A stretch of DNA of 7,516 nucleotides from Candidatus Wukongarchaeum yapensis (GTDB lineage: Archaea > Asgardarchaeota > Wukongarchaeia > Wukongarchaeales > Wukongarchaeaceae), in contig JAEOSI010000109.1 in the NCBI GenBank assembly GCA_016840425.1, forward strand, positions 1 through 7,516, given 5' to 3'. A program made the translations under genes and the position numbers. The notes under the pieces were generated by a model. That model was given only the letters and a program-made list of their open reading frames with translations. It did not search any database and was not told where the DNA came from. Below, piece by piece: positions 6,595 to 7,516 of this stretch; the first letter of the stretch is position 1; every line of letters begins with the position of its first letter.

Positions 6595-7110
6595 TTAGAG
6601 TAATTTCTTTTCTTTTCTTGCTTCAACCGCTTTTCTGTAAGCGCAATCGATGCATTCGCCAAATTTTTCCAACACTTTTGGTAGTATGTAGGCTGCAAGT
6701 TTAAACTCTTCTCCTTTTGCCTCTTCTTCAAGTCCTTCTTCCCTACGTCTTTGAATCTTTTTTATCGAGTTTGGTATAGGTCCTTCGCTGAATATCAACG
6801 GGTTTTCCCAAACTAAACTTTCTAAAGCATCCAAAAGTGCATCTTCTATGACAATAGGCATATCTGTCACAAAACAGTTTAATTCCCCTTCTTCATCCCG
6901 CTTTAATACCTTAGGTATACATTCTGAAACTTTTCTCACATAACATGTAATACTCTTCGAATCTTCAATAAAAGCGTAGGGGCATGGTAGGTAATGCATC
7001 CTTTTAAAAAACTCTCTTAGGGATCTTATAAGGGAAGGGCTTAAAATCAAATCCTGTTCTCGGCTTCTTTTCCTTGTGTCTTCAACTGATTTAAGGGCCA
7101 AATTTATCAA
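6595..7110 (-). CDS. Cys-rich hypothetical protein (start uncertain)
   Basis: 171-aa ORF from TTG, with an in-frame stop two codons upstream and no clear RBS. Six Cys: C43, C56, C64, C79, C153-x2-C156. Composition is protein-like and it overlaps no other gene. Confidence 0.65.
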   Translation of the reverse strand: MINLALKSVEDTRKRSREQDLILSPSLIRSLREFFKRMHYLPCPYAFIEDSKSITCYVRKVSECIPKVLKRDEEGELNCFVTDMPIVIEDALLDALESLVWENPLIFSEGPIPNSIKKIQRRREEGLEEEAKGEEFKLAAYILPKVLEKFGECIDCAYRKAVEARKEKKLL

Positions 7111-7267
7111 ACCTTAATAAATATAAACAACACGCCTTAATTATTAAAAAATTGTTCTTTTAGGTTAAAGAAATTACCCCTTTAAACTACTAATCTTACC
7201 CCTCGTTTACTTATATTTTATAACTTTAAAAATACTTTCATTTAGAAACATAAAATAATTTTGATAT

Positions 7268-7281
7268 ATTAAGATCTTAAT
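7268..7281. repeat. Perfect 14-bp palindrome ATTAAGATCTTAAT in AT-rich intergenic DNA
   Basis: Identical to its own reverse complement; lies between the partial CDS stop (7310) and the 171-aa ORF. Confidence 0.5.
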
Positions 7282-7309
7282 TATGCTATTAATATTATTT
7301 AATACTTTA

Positions 7310-7516
7310 TTAAAATTCCGCCATGCCTTCATATCCATCTTCAAGCCGTCTCATTCTATTTTCTTCTTCACACTCCTCTTCATATTCCTTTTCTTTTTTA
7401 TCAATTTTCCGTCTTCTCGTTTTTCTTTTCTTTAACTTTTTTCTTTCCTTTTTCTCTCTTTTCGGCGTTTTTACCTTGATCTTAGTTAAGAAATCTTCCT
7501 TTCCTATAATGCTTTT
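7310..7516 (-). CDS. C-terminal 68 aa of a protein entering from beyond the window; basic-then-acidic low-complexity tail
   Basis: Hand translation is open from 7516 to TAA at 7312-7310: KSIIGKEDFLTKIKVKTPKREKKERKKLKKRKTRRRKIDKKEKEYEEECEEENRMRRLEDGYEGMAEF*. Confidence 0.7.
   Translation of the reverse strand, partial: KSIIGKEDFLTKIKVKTPKREKKERKKLKKRKTRRRKIDKKEKEYEEECEEENRMRRLEDGYEGMAEF

Noticed and set aside
6595-7110. Assignment of the 171-aa ORF to the YkgJ-like Cys-cluster family
   Set aside because: The CP...C...C resemblance is superficial; the C-x-I-Y-x-x-R-P-x-x-C signature is absent.
1-7516. CRISPR array, tRNA/rRNA, transposase/integrase or terminal inverted repeats
   Set aside because: No regularly spaced repeats, no GC-rich structured RNA segment and no recombinase motifs were seen by eye, so there is no direct evidence that the nurA-herA pair is mobile or CRISPR-linked within this window.

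Overview
AT-rich archaeal window, most likely from an Asgard archaeon. This is an inference from a Rab-like small GTPase, a HAS-barrel HerA with NurA, GGTG/GAGGT-type ribosome-binding sites and oligo-T terminators. Gene order: partial Rab-like small GTPase (-, 1..138, missed by the ORF track); small CxxC protein (+); uvrB (+) with no uvrA/uvrC alongside; nurA-herA two-gene operon (+) with no mre11/rad50; then, convergently, a probable PC4-like nucleic-acid-binding protein (-), a Cys-rich hypothetical (-) and the highly charged C-terminus of a partial CDS (-, 7310..7516, also missed by the track). The most unusual element is the NurA-HerA pair. HerA lacks the canonical (E)GRK arginine-finger motif, has an Arg inside its P-loop (GMTRSGKS) and carries a CX2CX7CX7C insertion. 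NurA keeps its catalytic acidic residues and has a CxxC just before the catalytic Glu helix. No CRISPR array, RNA gene or mobile element was seen.
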